Positions 9,157-17,529 of a stretch of DNA of 64,000 bases are shown here, in pieces; position 1 is the stretch's first letter; each line of letters opens with the position of its first letter. Below the pieces are notes generated by a model. It saw only the letters and a program-made list of their open reading frames with translations. It ran no database searches and was not told the DNA's origin. The stretch covers positions 1,498-65,497 of the forward strand of contig CAAGDE010000001.1 of NCBI GenBank assembly GCA_900768535.1, written 5' to 3'. The position numbers and the translations under genes were made by a program. The stretch comes from Clostridia bacterium. GTDB lineage: Bacteria; Bacillota; Clostridia; Oscillospirales; CAG-272.

Positions 9157-9390
9157 ATGAAATACATCAAACCGATCCTGTTGATCCTGTTCCTGCTTGC
9201 ATTCCTGCTTACCGCGGTTTCCTGCACCGATGCCGGTGAGGATACGCCCGGTACTTCGGCTCCGACCGGGGCCGAGCAGACCGCGCAATTCTCCGAAACG
9301 GATTCCGGCAACGTTACCGAAGCGCCGACACAGCCCAACACGGACTATGACGGAATGGACACCGACGATAAATGGACCAAGCCGTACTGA
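9157..9390 (+). CDS. Small (77 aa) Thr/Pro/Glu-rich lipoprotein
   Basis: MKYIKPILLILFLLAFLLTAVSC lipobox. RBS GAAAGAAGGG. Paralog at 30903..31139 shares the TEAPT[QE]P..TD..DG..W tail. Confidence 0.6.
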   Translation: MKYIKPILLILFLLAFLLTAVSCTDAGEDTPGTSAPTGAEQTAQFSETDSGNVTEAPTQPNTDYDGMDTDDKWTKPY

Positions 9391-9438
9391 CCTGCAGGTT
9401 CTGCGGCGACACCGATGAGAAAGGGAAAAGAGAAGAGA

Positions 9439-10380
9439 ATGAAGATCGCATCCAACACGGGCTTTGTTCCTGCATTGGCGGATTACGCACACGGCATTCC
9501 GATGCTGCGGCAGGCAGGCTTTGACTGCTTTGACCTGTCGATCTGCTGCCAGATCGATACGGACGGATATTTTGAGGGCGCAGAAGGGGAGGCGCGGGCA
9601 AAGGAGGTGCGCCGGATTGCCGATGCCTGCGGCATGGTTTGCAACCAATCCCATGCGCCTTACCCGACCTCCTATCGGGATGATACGCCGGAGCACATCG
9701 AAAAGAATCAGGCGCTCCCGGAAAAACTGCGGCGGGCGATGGAAATTGCGGCAATCGTCGGAGCAAAGGCAATCGTTGTTCATCCGCAGCAGCATCTGAG
9801 ATGGGCTGACTGTGCCGAGGCTCTGAAGGAGCAGAATCTCGCGTTTTACGAGTCGCTTCTGCCGCTGTGCCGCGCCTACAACATCCGGGTTGCGGTTGAG
9901 AATATGTGGCAGCGCAACCGGTACGGGCGCTCGGTTGTGGATTCTGTCTGCTCGACCCCGCGTGAATTTTTTGACTATATGGAGATGCTGGACAGCGAGT
10001 GGTTTGTTGCCTGCCTGGACATCGGGCACTGCACGGTGACCAATCACTGCCCGGAGGACCTGATTCGCACCCTGGGGAAAAAGCATCTGCATCTGCTCCA
10101 TGTACACGACACGGACGGAAAGGCTGACCTGCACACGCTGCCGTTCCAGTCGTCCGCAACCGATTGGGAGGCGGTGACGGACGCGCTGGCAGAGATCGGT
10201 TATGAAGGTGAGCTGACCCTGGAGGCGGATAACTTTCACGGCAGAATCCCCGCCGGGCTGTTGCAGCCAACGCTGACCTACATGGCATCGGTTGCGCGCT
10301 ATCTGGCAGATGCGACCGAGCGGAAAAAGCAGGCGCTGAAAGATGCCGAAGCCGGGCACCGGGAAGGGAGCCGCCTATGA
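9439..10380 (+). CDS. Sugar phosphate isomerase/epimerase (xylose-isomerase-like TIM barrel)
   Basis: Pattern IVVHP...VAVENM...LDIGH...HVHD...LTLEA is typical of the AP-endonuclease-2/xylose-isomerase-like TIM-barrel family. Start at MKIASN (the ORF track starts at 9415). Confidence 0.8.
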   Translation: MKIASNTGFVPALADYAHGIPMLRQAGFDCFDLSICCQIDTDGYFEGAEGEARAKEVRRIADACGMVCNQSHAPYPTSYRDDTPEHIEKNQALPEKLRRAMEIAAIVGAKAIVVHPQQHLRWADCAEALKEQNLAFYESLLPLCRAYNIRVAVENMWQRNRYGRSVVDSVCSTPREFFDYMEMLDSEWFVACLDIGHCTVTNHCPEDLIRTLGKKHLHLLHVHDTDGKADLHTLPFQSSATDWEAVTDALAEIGYEGELTLEADNFHGRIPAGLLQPTLTYMASVARYLADATERKKQALKDAEAGHREGSRL

Positions 10381-11171
10381 AACTACCGTATCGGAACCCG
10401 ATCCCGGTTGCGGCGCATCGCGGAAACGCAGCCCATTTCCCCGAAAACACGATGGCATCTTTCCGCTCGGCGGCGGAGCTGCACCCGGATATGGTGGAAA
10501 CGGATGTCCACATGACACGCGACGGAGAGCTGATCCTCATGCATGACCACACGGTCGACCGGACCACAAACGGCACCGGACTGATCCGCGAGCAGACACT
10601 GGCAGAGCTGAAGCGGCTGGATGCCGGCAGTTGGAAGGGAGACGCCTTTGGCGGTGAGCAGATCCCGACCTTTCGGGAATTTCTGGAGTTCTTCCGGGGA
10701 GAGCCGGAGATGTTGTTCAACATTGAACTGAAGGATTACCCGGCGGATTCCGGTGCGTTTGCCTATGAATCCGCAAAAAAGACGATTGCGATGATGGAGG
10801 AGTACGGCATCACCGAGCGCAGCGTTGTCAACACCTGGAGCGGCGAACTGAACGAATGGCTGGACGCGACCTATGGAAAGCGGCTGCGGATCCATGCCTA
10901 TTCGCCGCAGGAGCGCATGGGGCTGCGGCAGAAGCGGTTCGTTTATGACTATGCGTACTGCGTCTGCCTGTTCGGAACTGCCGAATGCCCGGTCGTGCCA
11001 AACCTCTTTTTCCGTCTGGCGAAGGACTACGGCGCGGAGCCTTGGGTCTATTTTAAGAAGGAAACGCCCGAGTTGGTCGACCGGGCATTGGAGGCGGGCG
11101 CAATGCTGTTTACCTCCAACGATCCGGCATGGCTGATGGCATATCTGCGCGCGAAGGGGTTGCATGACTGA
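10377..11171 (+). CDS. Glycerophosphodiester phosphodiesterase (GDPD family)
   Basis: AHRGNAAHFPENTMASF...ETDVHMTRDGELILMHDHTVDRTTNGTG is the canonical GDPD N-terminal catalytic signature. ATGA overlap with the upstream gene. Confidence 0.9.
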   Translation: MKLPYRNPIPVAAHRGNAAHFPENTMASFRSAAELHPDMVETDVHMTRDGELILMHDHTVDRTTNGTGLIREQTLAELKRLDAGSWKGDAFGGEQIPTFREFLEFFRGEPEMLFNIELKDYPADSGAFAYESAKKTIAMMEEYGITERSVVNTWSGELNEWLDATYGKRLRIHAYSPQERMGLRQKRFVYDYAYCVCLFGTAECPVVPNLFFRLAKDYGAEPWVYFKKETPELVDRALEAGAMLFTSNDPAWLMAYLRAKGLHD

Positions 11172-11856
11172 CGGCGCTATGAAACAAACGGAAACCAAAG
11201 AACCCATCCGGGCGTGTCTGTTCGATCTGGACGGTGTGCTGGTATTCACCGACCGCTATCACTATCTGGCGTGGAAATCCGTTGCGGATGAAAACGGCTG
11301 GGATTTCAATGAAACGGTCAACCTCCGGCTTCGCGGCATTCCGCGCCAGGAATCCCTGAACGAAATTCTGAAATACAATCACATTGAGCTTGCGGACGCC
11401 GAAAAGGCACGTCTGGCAGACCTGAAAAATGCCCGCTACGTGCAAATGCTGCAGGGAATTGGGGAGAACGATGCCTATCCGGGCGCCTTTGCCCTGATTC
11501 GGACGCTGCGAAACCGGGGCATCCGGATTGCACTCTGCTCCTCGAGTAAGAATGCCGGGCTTGTGCTGGAAAGGCTGGGCGTCCGGGACCTGTTTGACGC
11601 GATCGTCACGGGCAATGACATCCGGCGTGCAAAGCCGGACCCCGAAATCTTTCTCACCGCCGCAACCCGGCTTGGGGTCCCGCCGTCCGCCTGTGTGGTC
11701 TTTGAGGATTCCCTGGCGGGCATTCAGGGGGCAATTGCCGCAGGTATGCAAACGGTTGGCGTTGGAAACCGCGCGGAGCTTGGCGGCGTGGCTGCCTGCT
11801 GCCTGGATTCCTATGCGGAACTCGACCCGGATACCCTCCGGCTCCGGGAAGTGTGA
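11164..11856 (+). CDS. pgmB: Beta-phosphoglucomutase (HAD superfamily)
   Basis: DxDG nucleophile motif in LFDLDGVLVFTD, then RLRGIPRQESLNEIL, SSSKNA, and FEDSLAGIQGAIAAGM. Alternative start at 11179. Confidence 0.8.
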   Translation: MTDGAMKQTETKEPIRACLFDLDGVLVFTDRYHYLAWKSVADENGWDFNETVNLRLRGIPRQESLNEILKYNHIELADAEKARLADLKNARYVQMLQGIGENDAYPGAFALIRTLRNRGIRIALCSSSKNAGLVLERLGVRDLFDAIVTGNDIRRAKPDPEIFLTAATRLGVPPSACVVFEDSLAGIQGAIAAGMQTVGVGNRAELGGVAACCLDSYAELDPDTLRLREV

Positions 11857-11872
11857 GGCAGGGAAGAAACAA

Positions 11873-13099
11873 ATGCACGAACAAATGACAGCAAAAAGAA
11901 AGCAGCAGATCCTGATTGTGGTCTGCTGCATGGTTTACGGCTTTGCGTATGCGGGGCGGTACGGCTACAACGCAAACATTGCGCCGATTATGGAATTTTA
12001 CGGTGTCACGCGCGCCGAGGCGGGCCTGGTCAGCACCTGCTTCTTCTTTGCCTACGGCACGATGCAGCTGGTACACGGCATTCTTTGCCGGTTCTACCCG
12101 AAAAAAATCGTCATCCCGGCGGCGCTGTTCCTCTCGGCTGCCCTGAACCTGACCGTGTTCTTCCAGCCGCCGTTTGCATCCATCAAGTATCTCTGGCTGG
12201 TCAACGGCATCTGCCAGTCGGTGCTCTGGCCGTCGCTGGTGCTGACGCTGGGCGAGACGCTGGAGCCGGGCATGATGAAGCAGGCGGTCCTGGTCATCAG
12301 CCTTGCAACGATGTTCGGCACGCTGATCTCCTACGGCGGGAGCGCACTGTTCAATCTGTTCGCGTTTTTCCGGGGCTCCTTCCTCCTGGGCGCGGTTCTG
12401 ACGGTTCTGATCGGGCTGATCTGGCTGTTCTCCTACGACCGGCTGACCGCAGTGCGCTATGCTGCGCCGCCCGCGGAGGAGACGACCGCCAAAAACAGCC
12501 GGCAAGCGCTTGGCGGCGGGTTGGTCGGTCTCCTGGCAGCCTGCGTGCTGTTTGCGGCGGTCTGCAACTTTGTCAAGGACGGACTGAGCACCTGGACTCC
12601 GGTCATTCTGAAGGAACGATTCGGGCTGGGGGACAGCGTCTCGATGATTCTCACGCTGATCCTGCCGGTGTTCGGGCTGGCAGGCTCTTTGCTGGCGCTG
12701 GCGGTCAACCGGAAAATCAAGGATTACCGACTGATGGCGGGTGTGTTCTATGTGGGGCTGTCGCTCTGCCTTGGCGGACTGCTCCTGACCTTCCGCGGTG
12801 GCGGCGTGGTGCTGACGCTGGCGCTGCTCGGCGTGATTTCCTGCCTGGCTTATGCGGTCAACAACGTGGTGACCAGCATGATGCCGCTGGAGATGCGCGA
12901 CCGTGTGAACTCCGGCTTTCTGGCGGGGCTGATGAACAGCGCGACCTACATCGGCAGCACCGCAAGTGCCTACGGGCTGGGTCTGATTGCAGACGGCGCG
13001 GGATGGAACGCAGTCATTCTGGCTATGCTTGGCGCATCGGCGCTTTCCGCGCTTGTCGGAATCGTCTGTGCCGGGCTGATACATTGGATTAGACAATAG
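11873..13099 (+). CDS. MFS transporter (possibly organophosphate/sugar-phosphate antiporter-like)
   Basis: About 12 hydrophobic segments. Start moved from 11528 to ATG 11873 because the upstream extension overlaps pgmB. Paralog-like to 26313..27542. Confidence 0.85.
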   Translation: MHEQMTAKRKQQILIVVCCMVYGFAYAGRYGYNANIAPIMEFYGVTRAEAGLVSTCFFFAYGTMQLVHGILCRFYPKKIVIPAALFLSAALNLTVFFQPPFASIKYLWLVNGICQSVLWPSLVLTLGETLEPGMMKQAVLVISLATMFGTLISYGGSALFNLFAFFRGSFLLGAVLTVLIGLIWLFSYDRLTAVRYAAPPAEETTAKNSRQALGGGLVGLLAACVLFAAVCNFVKDGLSTWTPVILKERFGLGDSVSMILTLILPVFGLAGSLLALAVNRKIKDYRLMAGVFYVGLSLCLGGLLLTFRGGGVVLTLALLGVISCLAYAVNNVVTSMMPLEMRDRVNSGFLAGLMNSATYIGSTASAYGLGLIADGAGWNAVILAMLGASALSALVGIVCAGLIHWIRQ

Positions 13100-13102
13100 A
13101 AA

Positions 13103-13133
13103 GAACCGCGCCGTCAAAAGCGCGGTCCTTTTG
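13103..13133 (+). terminator. Rho-independent terminator after the MFS gene
   Basis: ACCGCG...CGCGGT stem followed by CCTTTTG. Confidence 0.55.
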
Positions 13134-13159
13134 ATACAGATATTTCAAAATGACACAAA

Positions 13160-13196
13160 ACCGGCGCCTGTTACGATTCCTGTAACAGACGCCGGT
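13160..13196. repeat. Conserved palindromic element, copy 1 (ACCGGCGCCTGTTAC...GTAACAGaCGCCGGT)
   Basis: 15-bp stem with one mismatch. The same arm sequence recurs at 19645..19684 and 27659..27694. Confidence 0.8.
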
Positions 13197-13330
13197 ATAA
13201 GGTTCACTTGTCCCCGCCTACTGCGTAAGCTTCGGGGACACGTGTAAGACAACAAATACAGTTATCGCCGCCCGGCAATCGATTTCGGTTGCCGGGCGGT
13301 TGAGTCTTGACATGAATCTGGAATAATCTA

Positions 13331-13359
13331 TTGACATCCCTTGCTTTTTTTGTTATAAT
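13331..13359 (+). promoter_or_regulatory. Sigma-A consensus promoter for the AraC gene at 13465
   Basis: TTGACA at 13331..13336, 17-nt spacer, TATAAT at 13354..13359. Confidence 0.6.
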
Positions 13360-13464
13360 GAACTTGTAAACCGGGACGGGCTGAATTTCGGCTGCCTGCC
13401 GTCCGGTCAGTCTTCCGTTTGGTCTTCCGAAACAAACGGGTCGCTCAAAAAAAGGGGAAACGCT

Positions 13465-14346
13465 ATGGATGATACGTCTGTCGAAAGTCCGTTTGAAAAA
13501 GTCTGGCTGACCGAAAATCCGCTTGAAATAAATACCGATAACATGGATCTGCGGATACAATGCTCCAGAATCGTGTATTCGCGCCATGAAGCGTTATACA
13601 ATCATTATCATTCACACGATTTTTTTGAGCTGCATTATGTTATCGAGGGTCAGCTTGATGTAGAATTTGAAAATATCGGGGTCATCAGCGTCAAACGGGG
13701 GAATCTGATCGTTTGTAAGCCGAATCTCGTTCACAGGACGGTGTATGCTTCCCCCAATACGCAAAAATTTGTTTTCGGGTTTTACTGTGACACCAAAAAG
13801 GATCTTCTTACAAAAGCCAGGGAAGCGATTCTTCGTTCTCCGATCAAGGTGATTGAGGACACAGACCGGATGCAGATGTTCATTGTGACGATGCTGAGCT
13901 GTGTCCGATATTTCAACTCCGTTACAAACGAGATTCTGAAGAACCAACTGGAATCCTTTGTTCTCGAGGTGCTTAACATCTACATCAATGACGGAAATTA
14001 CAGGGAGAGCTCCGTTGTTGTCAAGGAGGAGCACATTGTTGAGGCGGCAAAGGAATTCATTGTATTGAACGCCAACCGCTCGATTTCGGTTGAAGATGTG
14101 GCGAAGGAGCTTGGGTTCAGCGTGAGGCATCTGAACCGTATCGCCAAGCTCTCCGTCGGCTGTACGCTCAGTGAAATGATTATATCGGCGAGAATCTCAT
14201 ATGCCAAGGAGCTTTTAAAGAATACCACGCTGACGGTCTCGGAAATTGCCGAAAGGGGCAACTTTGTGGACATCAGCACATTCACAAAATTTTTCAAGCG
14301 CTATGCGGGAGTACCGCCGACGGAATACAGAAAGACTGTACAATAG
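13465..14346 (+). CDS. AraC-family regulator (cupin-like N-terminal domain plus HTH); visibly lower GC than its neighbours
   Basis: C-terminal SVEDVAKELGFSVRHLNRIAKL...ISTFTKFFKRYAGVPPTEYRK matches the AraC HTH. N-terminal HSHDFFELHYV is cupin-like. Confidence 0.85.
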   Translation: MDDTSVESPFEKVWLTENPLEINTDNMDLRIQCSRIVYSRHEALYNHYHSHDFFELHYVIEGQLDVEFENIGVISVKRGNLIVCKPNLVHRTVYASPNTQKFVFGFYCDTKKDLLTKAREAILRSPIKVIEDTDRMQMFIVTMLSCVRYFNSVTNEILKNQLESFVLEVLNIYINDGNYRESSVVVKEEHIVEAAKEFIVLNANRSISVEDVAKELGFSVRHLNRIAKLSVGCTLSEMIISARISYAKELLKNTTLTVSEIAERGNFVDISTFTKFFKRYAGVPPTEYRKTVQ

Positions 14347-14350
14347 AGCA

Positions 14351-14402
14351 AAGGGCTGTGCCGAACGACGAATTCAGGTCGTTTGATACAGCCCTTATTT
14401 TT
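14351..14402 (+). terminator. Rho-independent terminator
   Basis: AAGGGCTGT (14351..14359) pairs with ACAGCCCTT (14388..14396), followed by ATTTTTG. Confidence 0.65.
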
Positions 14403-14695
14403 GTGCTGTTTATATTCATTTGCCAAAATACGGCATATGGCACGTTGATGTCCGATTCTGACAAATTAATGTGCGTAATCTGACCTTTTTTTGGATTCTG
14501 ATTTATGATATTCTATTGTTGCAAGAGGAAAGGAGGCACATAATGATGAAAAGGATTAAGCCAAAGGAGAAACGCATCCGTTCGTTTCGCCTTTCTGTTA
14601 TGGCTCCGAAATGAGCCCCTGCCGCGTCCGTCCGGCGGAGGTGGTGCGGATGGCAAATATAAAAAATAATGTAATCATAACAGGAGAAATACTCT

Positions 14696-15640
14696 ATGAA
14701 CTTTGAAGCAACCTACGGTGTCTATCCCACGATGATAACGCCTTACCGGAAAAACGGGGAGGTGGATGATACCGCTGTGGAGACACTGACCGAGTGGTAT
14801 TGGAAGCGCGGCTGTGACGGGATTTTTGCGGACTGCCAGTCGAGTGAAATTCAGTTCCTGACGCTTGACGAGCGCGTGAACATCCTGCATACCGTTATGC
14901 AGAAGGTGTATGCTCTTGCGGCACAGGACCCCTCCCGCCCGCGCATGACCGTGGTGGCATCGGGGCACGTGTCGGACGGATTTGCCGACCAGGTGCGCGA
15001 GCTGAACGCCATTGCCGCCGAGAAGCCCGATGCGCTGATTCTGATCTCCAACCGCATGGATATTGCCAACACCTCGGACGAGGCGTGGATTGCAGACACC
15101 GAACGGCTGATTGCTGAGCTGCCCGCAGAGATGCCCCTCGGGATCTATGAATGCCCCAAGCCCTATAAGCGGCTGCTCTCCGAGAAGATGCTCCGCTGGT
15201 GCGTGGAGAACGGGCGGTTCTACTTTGTTAAGGATACCTGCTGTGATGCGGAGCTCATCCGGGCACGTCTGGAGATATGCAAAGGCAGTCACCTCAAGCT
15301 GTTCAATGCCAATGCGCAAACGCTTCTGGAAACGGTCCGGGCGGGCGTCTACGGCTACTGCGGCGTGATGGCGAACTTCCACCCGGATCTCTATACAAGA
15401 TTGCTCAAGGGGGATATCAACAGCTCCGATGCATCCCTGCTGCAGGACTTTTTGGGGCTTGCCGCAACCATCGAGGGGCAGACCTATCCTTGCTGTGCAA
15501 AGTATTACCTGAACAGGTTCGAGGGCGTTGCAATGGAGCCGGATGCCAGAAGCGCCGATGTGCGAAATCTGACCGCATACCAAAAATCCTGCGTTGACCA
15601 GCTGGCAGAGCTGACGAACGCGGTCCGGAACAACCGCTGA
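14696..15640 (+). CDS. DapA/DHDPS-family class I aldolase/lyase-like protein
   Basis: Length of about 314 aa. N-terminal [35 protein letters not shown] and a candidate Schiff-base Lys in FVKDTC fit the DapA/NAL family. Confidence 0.75.
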   Translation: MNFEATYGVYPTMITPYRKNGEVDDTAVETLTEWYWKRGCDGIFADCQSSEIQFLTLDERVNILHTVMQKVYALAAQDPSRPRMTVVASGHVSDGFADQVRELNAIAAEKPDALILISNRMDIANTSDEAWIADTERLIAELPAEMPLGIYECPKPYKRLLSEKMLRWCVENGRFYFVKDTCCDAELIRARLEICKGSHLKLFNANAQTLLETVRAGVYGYCGVMANFHPDLYTRLLKGDINSSDASLLQDFLGLAATIEGQTYPCCAKYYLNRFEGVAMEPDARSADVRNLTAYQKSCVDQLAELTNAVRNNR

Positions 15641-15711
15641 GGGGCTGCGGTCAGCACCCCTTCGTTCATGAGCAGTGCTTGATCATCAAAATCAGAAAAG
15701 AGGAATGGATT

Positions 15712-17514
15712 ATGAGAAACAGAACCATCGGAACACATCCCGCAATCGGTATCCGCCCCATCATTGACGCCCGCCGCGGGGCGCTCGGCGTGCGGCAGTC
15801 GCTGGAGGAGCAGACCATGAATATGGCAAAGAGCGCCGCAAAGCTCTTTGCAGAGAACCTCCGCTACACAGACGGCACGCCCGTGCGTGTGGTCATTGCC
15901 GATACCACTATCGGGCGCGTAGGGGAGACTGCCGCCTGCGCGGAGAAATTCAAACGCGAGCAGGTCGCCGTCACGCTGTCGGTCACGCCCTGCTGGTGCT
16001 ACGGCTCGGAGACCATGGACATGGACCCGCACACCATCAAGGCGGTCTGGGGCTTCAACGGCACCGAGCGCCCCGGCGCGGTCTATCTTGCCGCCGTCCT
16101 TGCCGCGCACGCGCAGAAGGGACTGCCGGCATTCGGCATTTACGGGCATGACGTCCAGCCCGCAACCGCAACCGAAATTCCGTCAGACGTGAAGGAAAAG
16201 CTGCTCCGCTTCGGCAGAGCCGCCATTGCCGCCGTGACCATGGAGGGCAAGTCCTATCTGCAGATCGGCTCGATGTGCATGGGCATTGCCGGCTCGCAGA
16301 TCAACCCGGATTTCTTTGAGGATTACCTCGGTATGCGCGTGGAATCGGTCGATGAGGTCGAGGTTCTGCGCCGCATGGAAAAGGGGATTTACGACCGTGA
16401 AGAGTTCGACCGCGCCATGGCGTGGGTGAAGAAAAACTGCCCCGAAGGCTTTGACAAGAACCCCGCATTCATCCGCAAGTCCCCGGAGGAGAAGGCGAAG
16501 GACTGGGAATTCACCGTCAAAACCGCGCTGATCGTGCAGGACCTGATGAGCGGAAACGACCGTCTGCCCGAGGGCGCAGAGGAGGAAGCGGTCGGTCACA
16601 ATGCCATTGCCGCCGGCTTCCAGGGGCAGAGACAGTGGACGGATCACTGGCCGAATGCCGACTTCGCCGAAGCGATCTGCAACACCTCGTTCGACTGGAA
16701 CGGGGCACGTGAGCCGTTCGTGCTGGCAACCGAGAACGATACCCTCAACGGCGTGTCGATGCTCCTCATGAAGCAGCTGACCAACCGTGCTCAGCTGTTT
16801 GCCGATGTCCGCACCTACTGGTCGCATGATGCGGTCAAGGAAGCGACGGGCTATGAGATTGAAGGGCACGCAAAAGAGGCGGACGGCTTCATCCACCTGA
16901 TCAATTCCGGCGCAGGCGCATTGGATTTCACGGCGGAAGCGCGCGATGAAAACGGCAATCCGACCGTCAAAGCCTGGTATGACACGACAGACGCCGACCG
17001 CGCGGCAATGCTGAAGGCAACCGACTGGTGCGCCGCCGACAACGGCTACTTCCGGGGCGGCGGATTCTCGTCCCACTATGTGACGAACGCCGAAATTCCC
17101 TGCACCATGCTCCGGCTGAACTGGGTCAAGGGCTTGGGACCGGTCGCGCAATTGGTCGAGGGCTGGACGGTTGCCCTGCCGGAGAGAGTCAACGACATCC
17201 TTTGGAAGCGCACCGACTACACCTGGCCCTGCACCTGGTTTGCCCCGCGCTGCGACGGCAAAGAGGGCAGCCCTTTCCGCACGGCTTACGACGTGATGAA
17301 CCATTGGGGCGCGAACCACGGCGCCATCAGCTACGGGCACATCGGTGCGGATATTCTCACGCTCTGCTCAATGCTCCGCATTCCGGTCTGTATGCACAAC
17401 GTCCCCGCCGGGGATATCTTCCGCCCGGCGTGCTGGAACGCCTTCGGCTCCGACCCCGAGGGGCAGGACTACCGCGCCTGCGCAACCTACGGCGCACGGT
17501 TCCGGAAGAACTGA
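15712..17514 (+). CDS. fucI: L-fucose isomerase (also a D-arabinose isomerase in characterised homologues)
   Basis: Near-colinear with E. coli FucI: [78 protein letters not shown]. Start ATG 15712 lies after AAGAGGA. Confidence 0.95.
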   Translation: MRNRTIGTHPAIGIRPIIDARRGALGVRQSLEEQTMNMAKSAAKLFAENLRYTDGTPVRVVIADTTIGRVGETAACAEKFKREQVAVTLSVTPCWCYGSETMDMDPHTIKAVWGFNGTERPGAVYLAAVLAAHAQKGLPAFGIYGHDVQPATATEIPSDVKEKLLRFGRAAIAAVTMEGKSYLQIGSMCMGIAGSQINPDFFEDYLGMRVESVDEVEVLRRMEKGIYDREEFDRAMAWVKKNCPEGFDKNPAFIRKSPEEKAKDWEFTVKTALIVQDLMSGNDRLPEGAEEEAVGHNAIAAGFQGQRQWTDHWPNADFAEAICNTSFDWNGAREPFVLATENDTLNGVSMLLMKQLTNRAQLFADVRTYWSHDAVKEATGYEIEGHAKEADGFIHLINSGAGALDFTAEARDENGNPTVKAWYDTTDADRAAMLKATDWCAADNGYFRGGGFSSHYVTNAEIPCTMLRLNWVKGLGPVAQLVEGWTVALPERVNDILWKRTDYTWPCTWFAPRCDGKEGSPFRTAYDVMNHWGANHGAISYGHIGADILTLCSMLRIPVCMHNVPAGDIFRPACWNAFGSDPEGQDYRACATYGARFRKN

Positions 17515-17529
17515 GCGGGGAGAGCCGGG

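Noticed and set aside
11528-11872. Upstream extension of the MFS ORF (track start 11528).
   Set aside because: The extension overlaps the pgmB coding frame and translates to Arg/Pro-rich nonsense. A proper ATG follows at 11873 and leads into a typical MFS N-terminus.
13204-13587. 127-aa minus-strand ORF across the AraC promoter region.
   Set aside because: It overlaps a consensus plus-strand promoter and the start of the AraC gene. It has no SD and no recognisable motifs.
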